NCBI GenBank assembly: GCA_963669175.1 | Contig: OY769902.1 | Span: 1,664,001-1,728,000, forward strand | Reading direction: 5' to 3' | Length of the DNA: 64,000 bases | Origin: a bacterium | Lineage (GTDB): Bacteria; Electryoneota; Electryoneia; Electryoneales; Electryoneaceae | Part shown: positions 18,035 to 28,826 of the stretch, piece by piece | How the letters are laid out: the number at the start of each line of letters is the position of its first letter | Position numbering within the stretch: position 1 is the stretch's first letter | The notes under the pieces: model-generated | The model's database searches: none | The model's input: the letters and a program-made list of their open reading frames with translations, nothing else | What the model was told of the DNA's origin: nothing | Translations under genes and position numbers: made by a program

Positions 18035-20208
18035 ATGGGTGAAGGACATCTGGATCCGCCGGAACTGAACGAACCTGCAGGTGCGTTGTTTGATGAGTTT
18101 GCCGCGCCGACGTTCGAGGAGTGGAAGGCGGAGGTAGAACGATTGCTCAAGGGCAAGCCGTTCGACAAGAGCATGCTGACTCGTACCCACGAGGGCATCA
18201 CGCTTCAGCCGGTCTATCGCCAGGAAGACCTGGAAGGACTCGAGTTTGTCAAAGCGATGCCGGGGCATGCACCGTTTGTACGTGGCACCACACTCTACCA
18301 CCAGGAAAAAGGCGGTTGGTTGGTAGCACAGGAGCATACCTGCTGTACGGCTGAAGAGTACAACGCTATTCTGCGTCGCAGCCTGTCGCGTGGGCAGTCA
18401 GCGGTAATGTTGCCGTTGGATCGTGCCGGACGTCTCGGCCTCGACCCGGATCACGGCGATGTCAATTCGGTTGGTGTCGATGGTGTATCGATCTGCTCCG
18501 TTGAAGACCTGGGAAAAGCGCTGGATTCGATTGATCTGGCGAAAACCCCGGTGTTTATCCAGAGCGGCGCCAGTGGCATGCCCTTCCTTGGGCTGTATGT
18601 CGCGCTGGCGAAGCGTAATGGCTACAATCCTGCGAAATTGCAGGGCGCAATTGCCATGGACCCGTTGGGCGAGCTGGTTCGCCTCGGCAAGTTGAGCCAG
18701 TCGCTGGATTGGGAGTGGATCAGCATGGCGGAAATGACCCGCTGGGCCACGAAGAACGCGCCCGGACTGGGGACATGCTGGATTCACGGTGAAATCTACC
18801 ATGATGGCGGCGCACATGCGGTGCAGGAACTTGCTTTTGCCATGGCTACGGCCATCCAGTACCTGCGTGAGCTGGAACTGAAGGGCATCGCACCGGAAGT
18901 TGCCGCGTCACACATGCGCTTCAGCTTCGGGCTTGGCACCAACTTCTTCATGGAAGTCGCCAAGTTACGCGCCGCACGTTTGCTGTGGAACCGCATCCTC
19001 GAAGCCAGCGGTGTTGAGGACGAGACCAAGCGTAAGCTGTGGATGCATGGCCGTACCAGCCGTTACACCAAGACCTTCTTTGATCCGTACGTGAACATGC
19101 TTCGCGTGACAACAGAAGCGTTCAGCGGCATCACCGGCGGTGTGGACAGTCTGCATGTCGGCCCGTTTGATGAGGGGCTGCGTGAGACCGATTCATTCAG
19201 CCGTCGCATTGCCCGGAATGTCCAGATCGTTCTCCGTGAAGAAGCGCATCTCGAGCAGATCACCGACCCGGCCGGTGGAAGCTGGTACGTTGAAAAACTG
19301 ACGGACCAGGTCGCGCAGATGGCCTGGGAGCTTGTACAGACCATCGAAGAGCAGGGCGGCATGGTCAAGGCGCTGGAAGCCGGTCAACCGCAGGAAATGA
19401 TCGCACGCACTGTAAGCGAACGAGCCAAGTCGCTGGCCCTGCGCAAGGATGTCCAGATCGGCACCAACAAGTACCCGAACCCGGTTGAGATGCCGTTGGA
19501 AGAACGTCAGAAGATGAACGGCACTTACTACGAGAAACGTGTTCGCCAGATGGAGCAGGTGCGCAGCAGTGAATCGCACAAGCATGAGATGATCGTCTTG
19601 CAGAAGCTTGGCGACCTGCTGGACGCTGAGTTGGAAGAAGTGGCTGAAGCGGTGATCGATGCGGCAGCGCACGGCGCGACAGTCGGTGAAATCGTACGCA
19701 CTCGCACCAGCGACGCCACCAACGGTGTCGAAATTGAACCCATCCCGCAGCGCCGCGCTTCGGAAGCGTTTGAAGCGCTTCGCAAAGCGGTCGAAGAACA
19801 GCGAAACGAGGATGGCGGCTGCAAGGTCTTCATGGCGACGCTGGACCGTATCGGGAAATACATGCCACGCTTTGACTTTGCCGCCTCATTCTTCGAGGTC
19901 GGCGGTTTTGATGTGCTTCGCACAGACGGACATGATACCCCGGAAGCCGCAGCCGATGCGGCCATCGCAGCCAAAGCGCAGGCGGTGGTGATCGTCGGGC
20001 TGGATGACGCTTACGCCGAAGGCGCGGCGACAGTAGCCCGCAAGGTCAAGGAAGCCAACGCCGATGCGCAGGTGATCCTGGCCGGGTTGCCCACGGACGA
20101 GAATTTCCGTGATGAGCTGATCGAAGCAGGGGTTGATTCGTTTGTCCATATCAGGTCGAACATCCTCGAAGAGCTGACCGCGCTTGCGGAAACGATGGGG
20201 GTGGAGCT

Positions 20209-20212
<4 letters not shown>
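18035..20212 (+). CDS. mutA: Methylmalonyl-CoA mutase, small (beta) subunit
   Basis: [40 protein letters not shown]; lacks DxHxxG; ATGA overlap with the large subunit. Confidence 0.9.
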
Positions 20213-22380
<2,168 letters not shown>

Positions 22381-22386
22381 TCCTTT

Positions 22387-22760
22387 TGACTCACAGGATA
22401 ATAGGATAAAAGGATATCAAGGATGAACTGATGTAAAGCAGTAAAAAAAGTAAATAATGTAAAGAAGGCAAAGAAGGAAAGAAGGCAATAATGCTTTAGA
22501 AGGCAACAGCATACCATCATGGGTGCAGGATATCGGTTCTGCACCCTTTTTTTTGACTCACAGGATAACAGGATGCAAAGATATCAAGGAAGAACTGATG
22601 TAAAGCAGTAAAAGAAGTAAATAATGTAAAGAAGGCAAAGAAGGAAAGAAGGCAATAAAGCTTTAGAAGGCAACAGCATACCATCATGGGTGCAGGATTC
22701 CGGTTCTGCACCCTTTTTTTTTTGACTCACAGGATAACAGGATGCAAAGATATCAAGGAT
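22387..22760 (+). repeat. About 168-bp tandem duplication (2 units plus a partial third), each full unit ending in a terminator hairpin
   Basis: Units start TGACTCACAGGAT at 22387, 22554 and 22723; hairpin GGGTGCAG..CTGCACCC plus T-run; inverted copy of the unit start at 24553-24591. Confidence 0.9.
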
Positions 22761-23259
22761 GTGGTTTAATTAAGAATAATGTTGTTGTTTTCTGCAGCCT
22801 TTCACTTTAATTGTAGTTATAGTCGTTCCCGAAAGTCTTTACCGTTTCAGGTTGGTGGCAACAGCTTTCTGATACTGAACATCTTTCTTGTGAAAGGTCC
22901 GATTTTTCCCGATTGCACTCTTTCGAAAATTATTTGTATTAGCAGGCTTTAGCCTGCTCCTCTTAGACCCCCGGCTTTAGCCGGGGGAACAAGGACAACA
23001 ACGGATCGAGCGCCCTTCAGGGTGCTTTCCTGATCCTTTTGATTCGATGACGAAAAGCACGCTAAAGCGCGCTCATAGTTTTTGTTACTTCAATCCACCC
23101 GGCTAAAGCCGGGTGCTAAGCGGAGCCTGCTGAAGCAGGCTAATCGCTTTCGAATCAGCAATAACTTTCGAGTTCCTATGTTAAACGACAGGCGCATCAA
23201 GTCGTGTTGGAACTGCTATCTTAGCAGTATTCCATTTTTCCAACACAAGGAGAAGCGCC

Positions 23260-24321
23260 ATGTCGAAGAACCAAGTTATTGCAGCGGACCGTTCATTGTC
23301 TATAGGTCTGGATGTTGATTCGCAGACTTCTTTCGCCGTTGTGCTCGACACCCAGACTGGTGAAGTGCTCTTTGAGAATCGGATCAAGCATGACTCAGCC
23401 GCTTGGGAACGCTTCTTTGCCCGTTTTCCCAACTGCCGCATGTGGGCGTGTTATGAAGCGGGCCTCACCGGCTTTGGCCTCTGTCGTTACCTGATCGGCC
23501 AAGGTGTTGACTGCCAGATCGCGCCGCCCAGCCAAGTTCCCAAAGGGGCGCAAGCGAAGCAGCAGAAGACCGATCATCTGGATGCCCTTACCTTGGCCCA
23601 CATGTTCTGGACACCACCTCGTACCTGGGTACATGTCCCCACAGAACAGGAAGAGGCGGATCGTCAGTTGTCTCGCACCCGTGACCAGGTGATGAATGAT
23701 CGCGTTCGGGTCAAAAACCGAATCAAGAGTCTGCTATTGTTTCACGGTTTACAGTCACCGTTTCCGCCGCAACGCTATTGGACAAAGGAATACCGGCGCT
23801 GGTTGCGAACGTGTGATTGTCTGGCCGCGACACGGATAGCCATTGATGTTGCTCTCGATGAGCTGGAGGCCATTGAACAGCAACTCAAGGTGATCACCAA
23901 AGCGATCAAGGCGATGAATGCGTCCGCAACGTATCGGGACCGTACCCAGCGCCTGCGCCAGGTGAAGGGAGTGGGCGAGTTGACCGTGAACGCCTTCGTG
24001 ACCGAGATGTATCGTCCCGAACGCTTCGCATCCGGTAAGCAAGTCGGCGCACATCTTGGCTTGACGCCGTGTGAATGGTCAAGCGCCAACACACGCCATA
24101 TGGGACACATTACCCACTGGGGACCGTCCCATCTACGAAAACTATTGGTCGAAGCTGCGTGGCGTTGGGTGCAAAAAGATCCGTATGCAAAGAAGAAATA
24201 CGATGCGATCCATGCCGGGAAAACACGGAAAGTGGCGATCGTCGCCATGGCACGAAAACTAGCCGTGATACTGTGGGCCATGCTGGTCAAAGAACAAGAC
24301 TACAATCCTGCCTGCGTATAA
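23260..24321 (+). CDS. IS110-family DEDD transposase/recombinase
   Basis: GLDVD, YEAG, KTDHLDA (DEDD); VKGVG, GLTPCEWSS (catalytic Ser), LRKLLVEAAW, AIVAMARKLA. Confidence 0.95.
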   Translation: MSKNQVIAADRSLSIGLDVDSQTSFAVVLDTQTGEVLFENRIKHDSAAWERFFARFPNCRMWACYEAGLTGFGLCRYLIGQGVDCQIAPPSQVPKGAQAKQQKTDHLDALTLAHMFWTPPRTWVHVPTEQEEADRQLSRTRDQVMNDRVRVKNRIKSLLLFHGLQSPFPPQRYWTKEYRRWLRTCDCLAATRIAIDVALDELEAIEQQLKVITKAIKAMNASATYRDRTQRLRQVKGVGELTVNAFVTEMYRPERFASGKQVGAHLGLTPCEWSSANTRHMGHITHWGPSHLRKLLVEAAWRWVQKDPYAKKKYDAIHAGKTRKVAIVAMARKLAVILWAMLVKEQDYNPACV

Positions 24322-24541
24322 CCCCAGCACTGCTGGCAGGTAGGTAAAGCATAGATTGTGATTGAATCGTCCGATGCCATTGGGAACACGCGACCCTGGT
24401 AGTTATTCTGTTGCTTGACAACGATTCGAGTTTAGGGCGCCGCTGTTCCGTGCGAACAAAAAACTTGTGCCACGAGCACGAATAGCAGAACGGCACATGG
24501 GACGATACAAAGGCTCTTTACACCCTTGACTGTTTACATAG
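24322..24541 (+). ncRNA. Candidate bridge/seek RNA region of the IS110 element
   Basis: Long non-coding 3' end with stem potential (GCCGCTGTTCCGTGC...GCACGAATAGCAGAACGGC); function inferred from IS110/IS1111 biology. Confidence 0.5.
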
Positions 24542-24595
24542 CGGAACAACTATATCCTTTATATCCTTCTATCCTATTATCCTGTGAGTCATCTG

Positions 24596-26149
24596 TCAGG
24601 ACCTGCGGGCGTACTTGTTGGTCAACACCGCGATCATCAAGCCCAACGACATGAACCCCGCCACCGTCTCACAGAACACCGCGATCACCCCCGCATTACA
24701 CGCCGGATGAGTTGACCTCACGCCCAGGTTGGTGAAGATGTCAAACGAGATAAAGAAGTACTTCCAGAACCCGAGCAGTGTGTCTGGGAGCCTCTGGCCA
24801 GCCAGGTTGGGATCAACCAGGGTTTGCCCCGGTTCCATAACCAGTTGACTCAGGATGGGAATATGACTCAGGCAATCGACATACCAGTCCGGCATGAAGG
24901 TGAAGGGAGCATTCATAAAAATCCATGCGAACAATAAAATAATTCCAAGTCCCCAAAATGCCACCCGGGTCGCAGAATACCCGCAATTGGTAGTCAGGTT
25001 CCAGAACCAGTAGAATAGTGGTTGTTTCTGTTTGAAGGCCCGAAGAAACTGCTGGTCTTTGATGTAGCGGACAAGATCACCAGCTTCGGTTGTGTCGCAT
25101 TTATCAATGTCAACGCCCGTAAAATTTGTAAAAAACCAACGTTCCTGAAGTAATGGCTTCCACCATTCAATCGGAATCACATGAAATCGTTGCTTACGGG
25201 CTTTGAGCCACAATTTGCCTGAGAAATATATTGGGAAAAAATAGGTGGCTTGATCTGTATAAAGCTCTTGAGCAATCATATCACATCTGTGAACAAATGT
25301 TTGCAACCAGTCTATTTTCTTTAATAGTGAATACCACCAATCTCCCCAGCGTGGCACAAACCAGTTTTTTGCAAAAAGCGTGTTTTCTTGTTTTGAAGAG
25401 ATTTCTTCGTTCTCATTTTTCCGAATCTCACCAATTGTAGTAAAACTACAATTGGTGCGGAATAGAATTGCTTCCCACATCTTCGCTCCCTCGAGGTGCG
25501 CTTCCCTCATATCCGCTCCCTCGAGGTGCGCTTCCCTCATCTTCGCTCCTTCGAGGTTCGTCCAACTCATCTTCGCTCCATCGAGGTGCGCCCTGAACAT
25601 CTTCGCTCCCTCGAGGTGCGCCCTGAACATCTTCGCTCCCTCGAGGTGCGCTTCCCTCATATACGCACCCTCGAGGTGCGCCCACCTCATATCCGCTCCC
25701 TCGAGGTGCGCTTCCCCCATATACGCACCCTCGAGGTGCGCCCCACTCATATACGCTCCCTCGAGGTGTGCCCCACTCATAGAAGCTCCCTCGAGGTGCG
25801 CTTCCCTCATATACGCACCCTCGAGGTGCGCAAAGGGTATAGCTATCTTATCCAGCTTTCTTTTAGTCCAATCAATTCCCTTCAGGTCTAAAACGGGTAC
25901 CAAAAAGCTGTTGCGGTTCCAAGGATATTGATTTGTTCCTTTTGAATGGTCCACATCAAATTCATCACGCCACTTTTTCCCATTCAACAAGCAGTTGACC
26001 TTCCACATCCGTTTGGCGGCTTCTTCGTCGGTCTTAGCAGGTTCGTTTCCCTTGAGAATTCTGGCAATTTGGTCAGGCAGGTGTTCTGTATGCGGTTGTG
26101 TCCAGCGGTCTTGCCATTGTTGGATCTGTTTATCGGTTGGGACTGGCAT
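24596..26149 (-). CDS. Pentapeptide-repeat membrane protein with C-terminal two-TM K-channel-like domain
   Basis: 12 x AHLEGAxMxx; C-terminal TM-pore-TM (YFFISFDIFTNLGVRSTHP, ETVAGFMSLGLMIAVL). Confidence 0.85.
   Translation of the reverse strand: MPVPTDKQIQQWQDRWTQPHTEHLPDQIARILKGNEPAKTDEEAAKRMWKVNCLLNGKKWRDEFDVDHSKGTNQYPWNRNSFLVPVLDLKGIDWTKRKLDKIAIPFAHLEGAYMREAHLEGASMSGAHLEGAYMSGAHLEGAYMGEAHLEGADMRWAHLEGAYMREAHLEGAKMFRAHLEGAKMFRAHLDGAKMSWTNLEGAKMREAHLEGADMREAHLEGAKMWEAILFRTNCSFTTIGEIRKNENEEISSKQENTLFAKNWFVPRWGDWWYSLLKKIDWLQTFVHRCDMIAQELYTDQATYFFPIYFSGKLWLKARKQRFHVIPIEWWKPLLQERWFFTNFTGVDIDKCDTTEAGDLVRYIKDQQFLRAFKQKQPLFYWFWNLTTNCGYSATRVAFWGLGIILLFAWIFMNAPFTFMPDWYVDCLSHIPILSQLVMEPGQTLVDPNLAGQRLPDTLLGFWKYFFISFDIFTNLGVRSTHPACNAGVIAVFCETVAGFMSLGLMIAVLTNKYARRS
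25471..25830 (-). repeat. Coding 30-bp tandem repeat x12
   Basis: Near-identical CTTCCCTCATxxxCGCTCCCTCGAGGTGCG units in frame. Confidence 0.95.
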
Positions 26150-26358
26150 CGGTGATTTCTCCCCACAGTGGTGGTTGATGGGAGAATATGAAGGGAGAGG
26201 GAATACAAGTCAACGCCGTTTGCGCAATTAAGAATTAAAAGTGAAAAATTAAGAATTGAAAAGAGCACTACATGAAGCTATTGTGTGTGTTCTGAGCAGG
26301 AATGTTTTGAATACCTTCAGGAGTTCGTAAACTTAATTCTTTAGTATTATAGTAGAAG

Positions 26359-26398
26359 AAAAACCGGGACGGACCTTCAGTGGTCAGCCCCGGTTTTT
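26359..26398. terminator. Terminator hairpin
   Basis: AAAAACCGGG..GACC..GGTC..CCCGGTTTTT downstream of the 26455 gene. Confidence 0.65.
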
Positions 26399-26454
26399 GT
26401 TCTATCTTTCTATCCTGCAAATTTTAAAGAATCTTGTTCATCTTGTGAATCCAG

Positions 26455-28404
26455 TCATCGCACCAGCATTACCTTCCTAGTCATACAAGTGGTCTGCTGT
26501 AATCCACCATTCGCCGCAAATCGTACCAGATACGTCCCTGAAGCCAGGGGTTGACCGGACGCATTGCAGCCATTCCACACCGCCAGGTGTTCACCGCTGT
26601 GCTGGGTATCGTTGAACAGGGTCTGCACACGCTGGCCCAGGATGTCATACACCTCGAGTGTCACCTTTGCTGCTTTCGGCAACGTATACGCAATGCGGAC
26701 TGTCTGGTTGAACGGGTTCGGCCAGGTGGATGTAATCTTCCACTCGGTAGGGGTGATATGTTCCACCGGGTCGCTGTTGCCCAGTTCCCAGTGGTCAATG
26801 ACAAAATCCTGGGGACCGTTGCTGGACAGGGTTCCCTGGTAGGGATCCAGCGCGGTTACATTCCATTTCCCGCCGAGGGTGTCATGGGGCAGCCCATCCA
26901 CATAGGCAAGATCAATGGAGTATTGAGAACTGGCGACGGTATCGCGAACAACAACCTGGCCATCGAGGAAAGTCATTTCCACGGCATACCGTATCGGGCT
27001 GTTGTCATTATCTGTCGCATCTTCCCAGTCCAGCCAGACATTGTTTCGATCAACAATGGCGCTGTCCAGGGGTGTCAAAAGGGCAAACGGTTGCGGCGCG
27101 GATGTATCGGGCGGCAGGAAGAAGTGAAACGGTGCGTTGGACGCTTCCGTCTCATACAGGCCGTCGGATGATTTCACTCGCCAGGTAATCTCGCCGCCAT
27201 CCCTGGGAATCTCGTCAAACTCGTAGAAATCGAGAATGAGATTGGTTTCATTTGTGCGCGCCCAGCCGTAAATCGGCGAACCATCGAAGGAAACCTCGAT
27301 ATAATACCAAACCGGCATTCCTTCCGGATCAGTTGATGGTCCCCAACTGAACGGGACATGATCACGCGCCACCGTACTGCCGTTTGTGGGAGTCGCCAGG
27401 ATGAAGTCGCCGGGGGGCAACTCATTGGCAGGGAAACCCTCATTGTCAGTCGTGAGAATGAGGCCGCCTTCACCGGAGATGATGCCATGTCCGTCCGCAG
27501 TAGATACCGATGTCAACCGGCTGTTTGCAGGGCAATCCTGCACTGTCCAGCTTTCGCCATAATCACGCGAGAACAGCACAACTCCGCTGTCGCCAACGGC
27601 ATGGATGACTTCTGTATTAAATGTCCATGAGTCGCTGAACACAGCATCGTTCAGGTTCTGGGTAGTTGGAGTGTGGATGTCATCCCAGGTCTGCCCATCA
27701 TCTTCGGTGATCCAGAGCATGCCGTCATCACCCGCGATCACGTCCACGATGCCGAATGTCTGACCGCCGATCGAATTCAGGCGATATTCTGTTTCAAAGA
27801 CCGTCTGCCAGGTTTCGCCGTCATCTTCCGACTTCAGCAAGGCGCCAAGGGTATCCTCGTATATGATGGTCATATATATGGTAAACAGGAAATCCTTCCG
27901 CAGTCCGGTAGGAACAAGGCCTTCATAGTCCGTGTTAATGGCCGAGACAAGCAGGGAGTCCTGCTGATGAGATATTCCCAGTACAGGATTATCATCCTGA
28001 TCATGCCCGGCAGCTATTATCATCCCCATATTGGAGCATGCGGTTGTGAAGGTATACTCGCCATCCACAAACAGGGGAAGAATCCAATCGTCATCCTGGT
28101 ACAGCAGGTATGTGCTCTCGTCACCGAGGATGAAAGAGGGAGCAACTCCATATTCACCAACAATAGCATACAAGTCGGCATCAGTTCCCAGATTAACGAA
28201 TGACCATTCGCCGCCATCATAATAGTCCGGCCCAACCAGGCACAGACCGTTCTGGCCGACTACAAGAGGACCAAAATCGGTTACGCGAGCAGAGTATAGG
28301 TCGGCAGCGATTTCGAGCTGGGCAGATACCCACCCTTCCTGGGCAGAAACCAGGGAAAAGGCGAAGCAGCAAACAAGGCAGGCAAAGCAGATTTTTCGGT
28401 ACAT
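26455..28404 (-). CDS. Secreted YCF48/BNR-repeat protein with Ig-like domains and T9SS/FlgD-Ig CTD
   Basis: Signal peptide; SEDDGETW, TEDDGQTW, SRDYGESW BNR repeats; WPNPFN..VYDILGQRV..WNG..LASGTYL; RBS GGAGG. Confidence 0.85.
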   Translation of the reverse strand: MYRKICFACLVCCFAFSLVSAQEGWVSAQLEIAADLYSARVTDFGPLVVGQNGLCLVGPDYYDGGEWSFVNLGTDADLYAIVGEYGVAPSFILGDESTYLLYQDDDWILPLFVDGEYTFTTACSNMGMIIAAGHDQDDNPVLGISHQQDSLLVSAINTDYEGLVPTGLRKDFLFTIYMTIIYEDTLGALLKSEDDGETWQTVFETEYRLNSIGGQTFGIVDVIAGDDGMLWITEDDGQTWDDIHTPTTQNLNDAVFSDSWTFNTEVIHAVGDSGVVLFSRDYGESWTVQDCPANSRLTSVSTADGHGIISGEGGLILTTDNEGFPANELPPGDFILATPTNGSTVARDHVPFSWGPSTDPEGMPVWYYIEVSFDGSPIYGWARTNETNLILDFYEFDEIPRDGGEITWRVKSSDGLYETEASNAPFHFFLPPDTSAPQPFALLTPLDSAIVDRNNVWLDWEDATDNDNSPIRYAVEMTFLDGQVVVRDTVASSQYSIDLAYVDGLPHDTLGGKWNVTALDPYQGTLSSNGPQDFVIDHWELGNSDPVEHITPTEWKITSTWPNPFNQTVRIAYTLPKAAKVTLEVYDILGQRVQTLFNDTQHSGEHLAVWNGCNASGQPLASGTYLVRFAANGGLQQTTCMTRKVMLVR

Positions 28405-28579
28405 CGTGATTCCTCCATAGATAAGAAGTCTGTCATACTCTCCCGCCCACAACTAAACTATCAGCAGAATTTTCCAATTGTCAAGTAACCCGAGAGGAAG
28501 CAACCGGTTAAGAGCATGGAGGACAGGGTTTGCCGAAGTGAGAAATTAACCCTATATTCGGGATTCAAGCACACGCCAC

Positions 28580-28667
28580 GGAGAGGTGGCCGAGTGGTTG
28601 AAGGCGCTCGCCTCGAAAGCGAGTTTGCGATGACCTCGTAACGTGGGTTCGAATCCCACCCTCTCCG
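28580..28667 (+). tRNA. tRNA-Ser(CGA)
   Basis: GGAGAGG/CCTCTCC acceptor stem, G discriminator, anticodon arm CTCGC-CTCGAAA-GCGAG, long variable arm, GGTTCGAATCC. Confidence 0.95.
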
Positions 28668-28675
28668 CACCATCT

Positions 28676-28706
28676 CAACGCCCCGGATTCCGGGGCGTTG
28701 GTGTTT
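28676..28706 (+). terminator. Hairpin/terminator after the tRNA
   Basis: CAACGCCCCGG-ATT-CCGGGGCGTTG followed by GTGTTT. Confidence 0.6.
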
Positions 28707-28826
28707 CTACACGCCCTGCTACACAGCTTTTCGATCCTGGCCGATTACTCACTTCCGGTCCCTCTTCATTGAAATACGGTTTGCGATAGTTTGGTCTTGC
28801 TAACTTGTGGTTTGTACCTTTCCAGT

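Larger units (their letters stand above)
23171..24543 (+). mobile_element. IS110-family (IS1111-like) insertion sequence
   Basis: CG core on both sides (23169-23170, 24542-24543); sub-terminal IR CTATGTTAAAC / GTTTACATAG; TTGACT near the right end; about 220-bp 3' non-coding end. Confidence 0.8.
22818..24554. mobile_element. MITE (about 364 bp when empty) containing REP core copy 2 (22939-23143), interrupted by IS110
   Basis: Left IR TATAGTCGTTCCCGAAAGT; right IR reconstructed as ACTTTCG|GAACAACTATA after removing the IS; homologous uninterrupted copy at 63020-63440. Confidence 0.75.

Noticed and set aside
25471-25830. CRISPR-like 30-bp repeats
   Set aside because: These are in-frame coding pentapeptide repeats.
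28580-28700. tRNA-anchored integrative element
   Set aside because: No integrase and no duplicated tRNA 3' end seen in the window.
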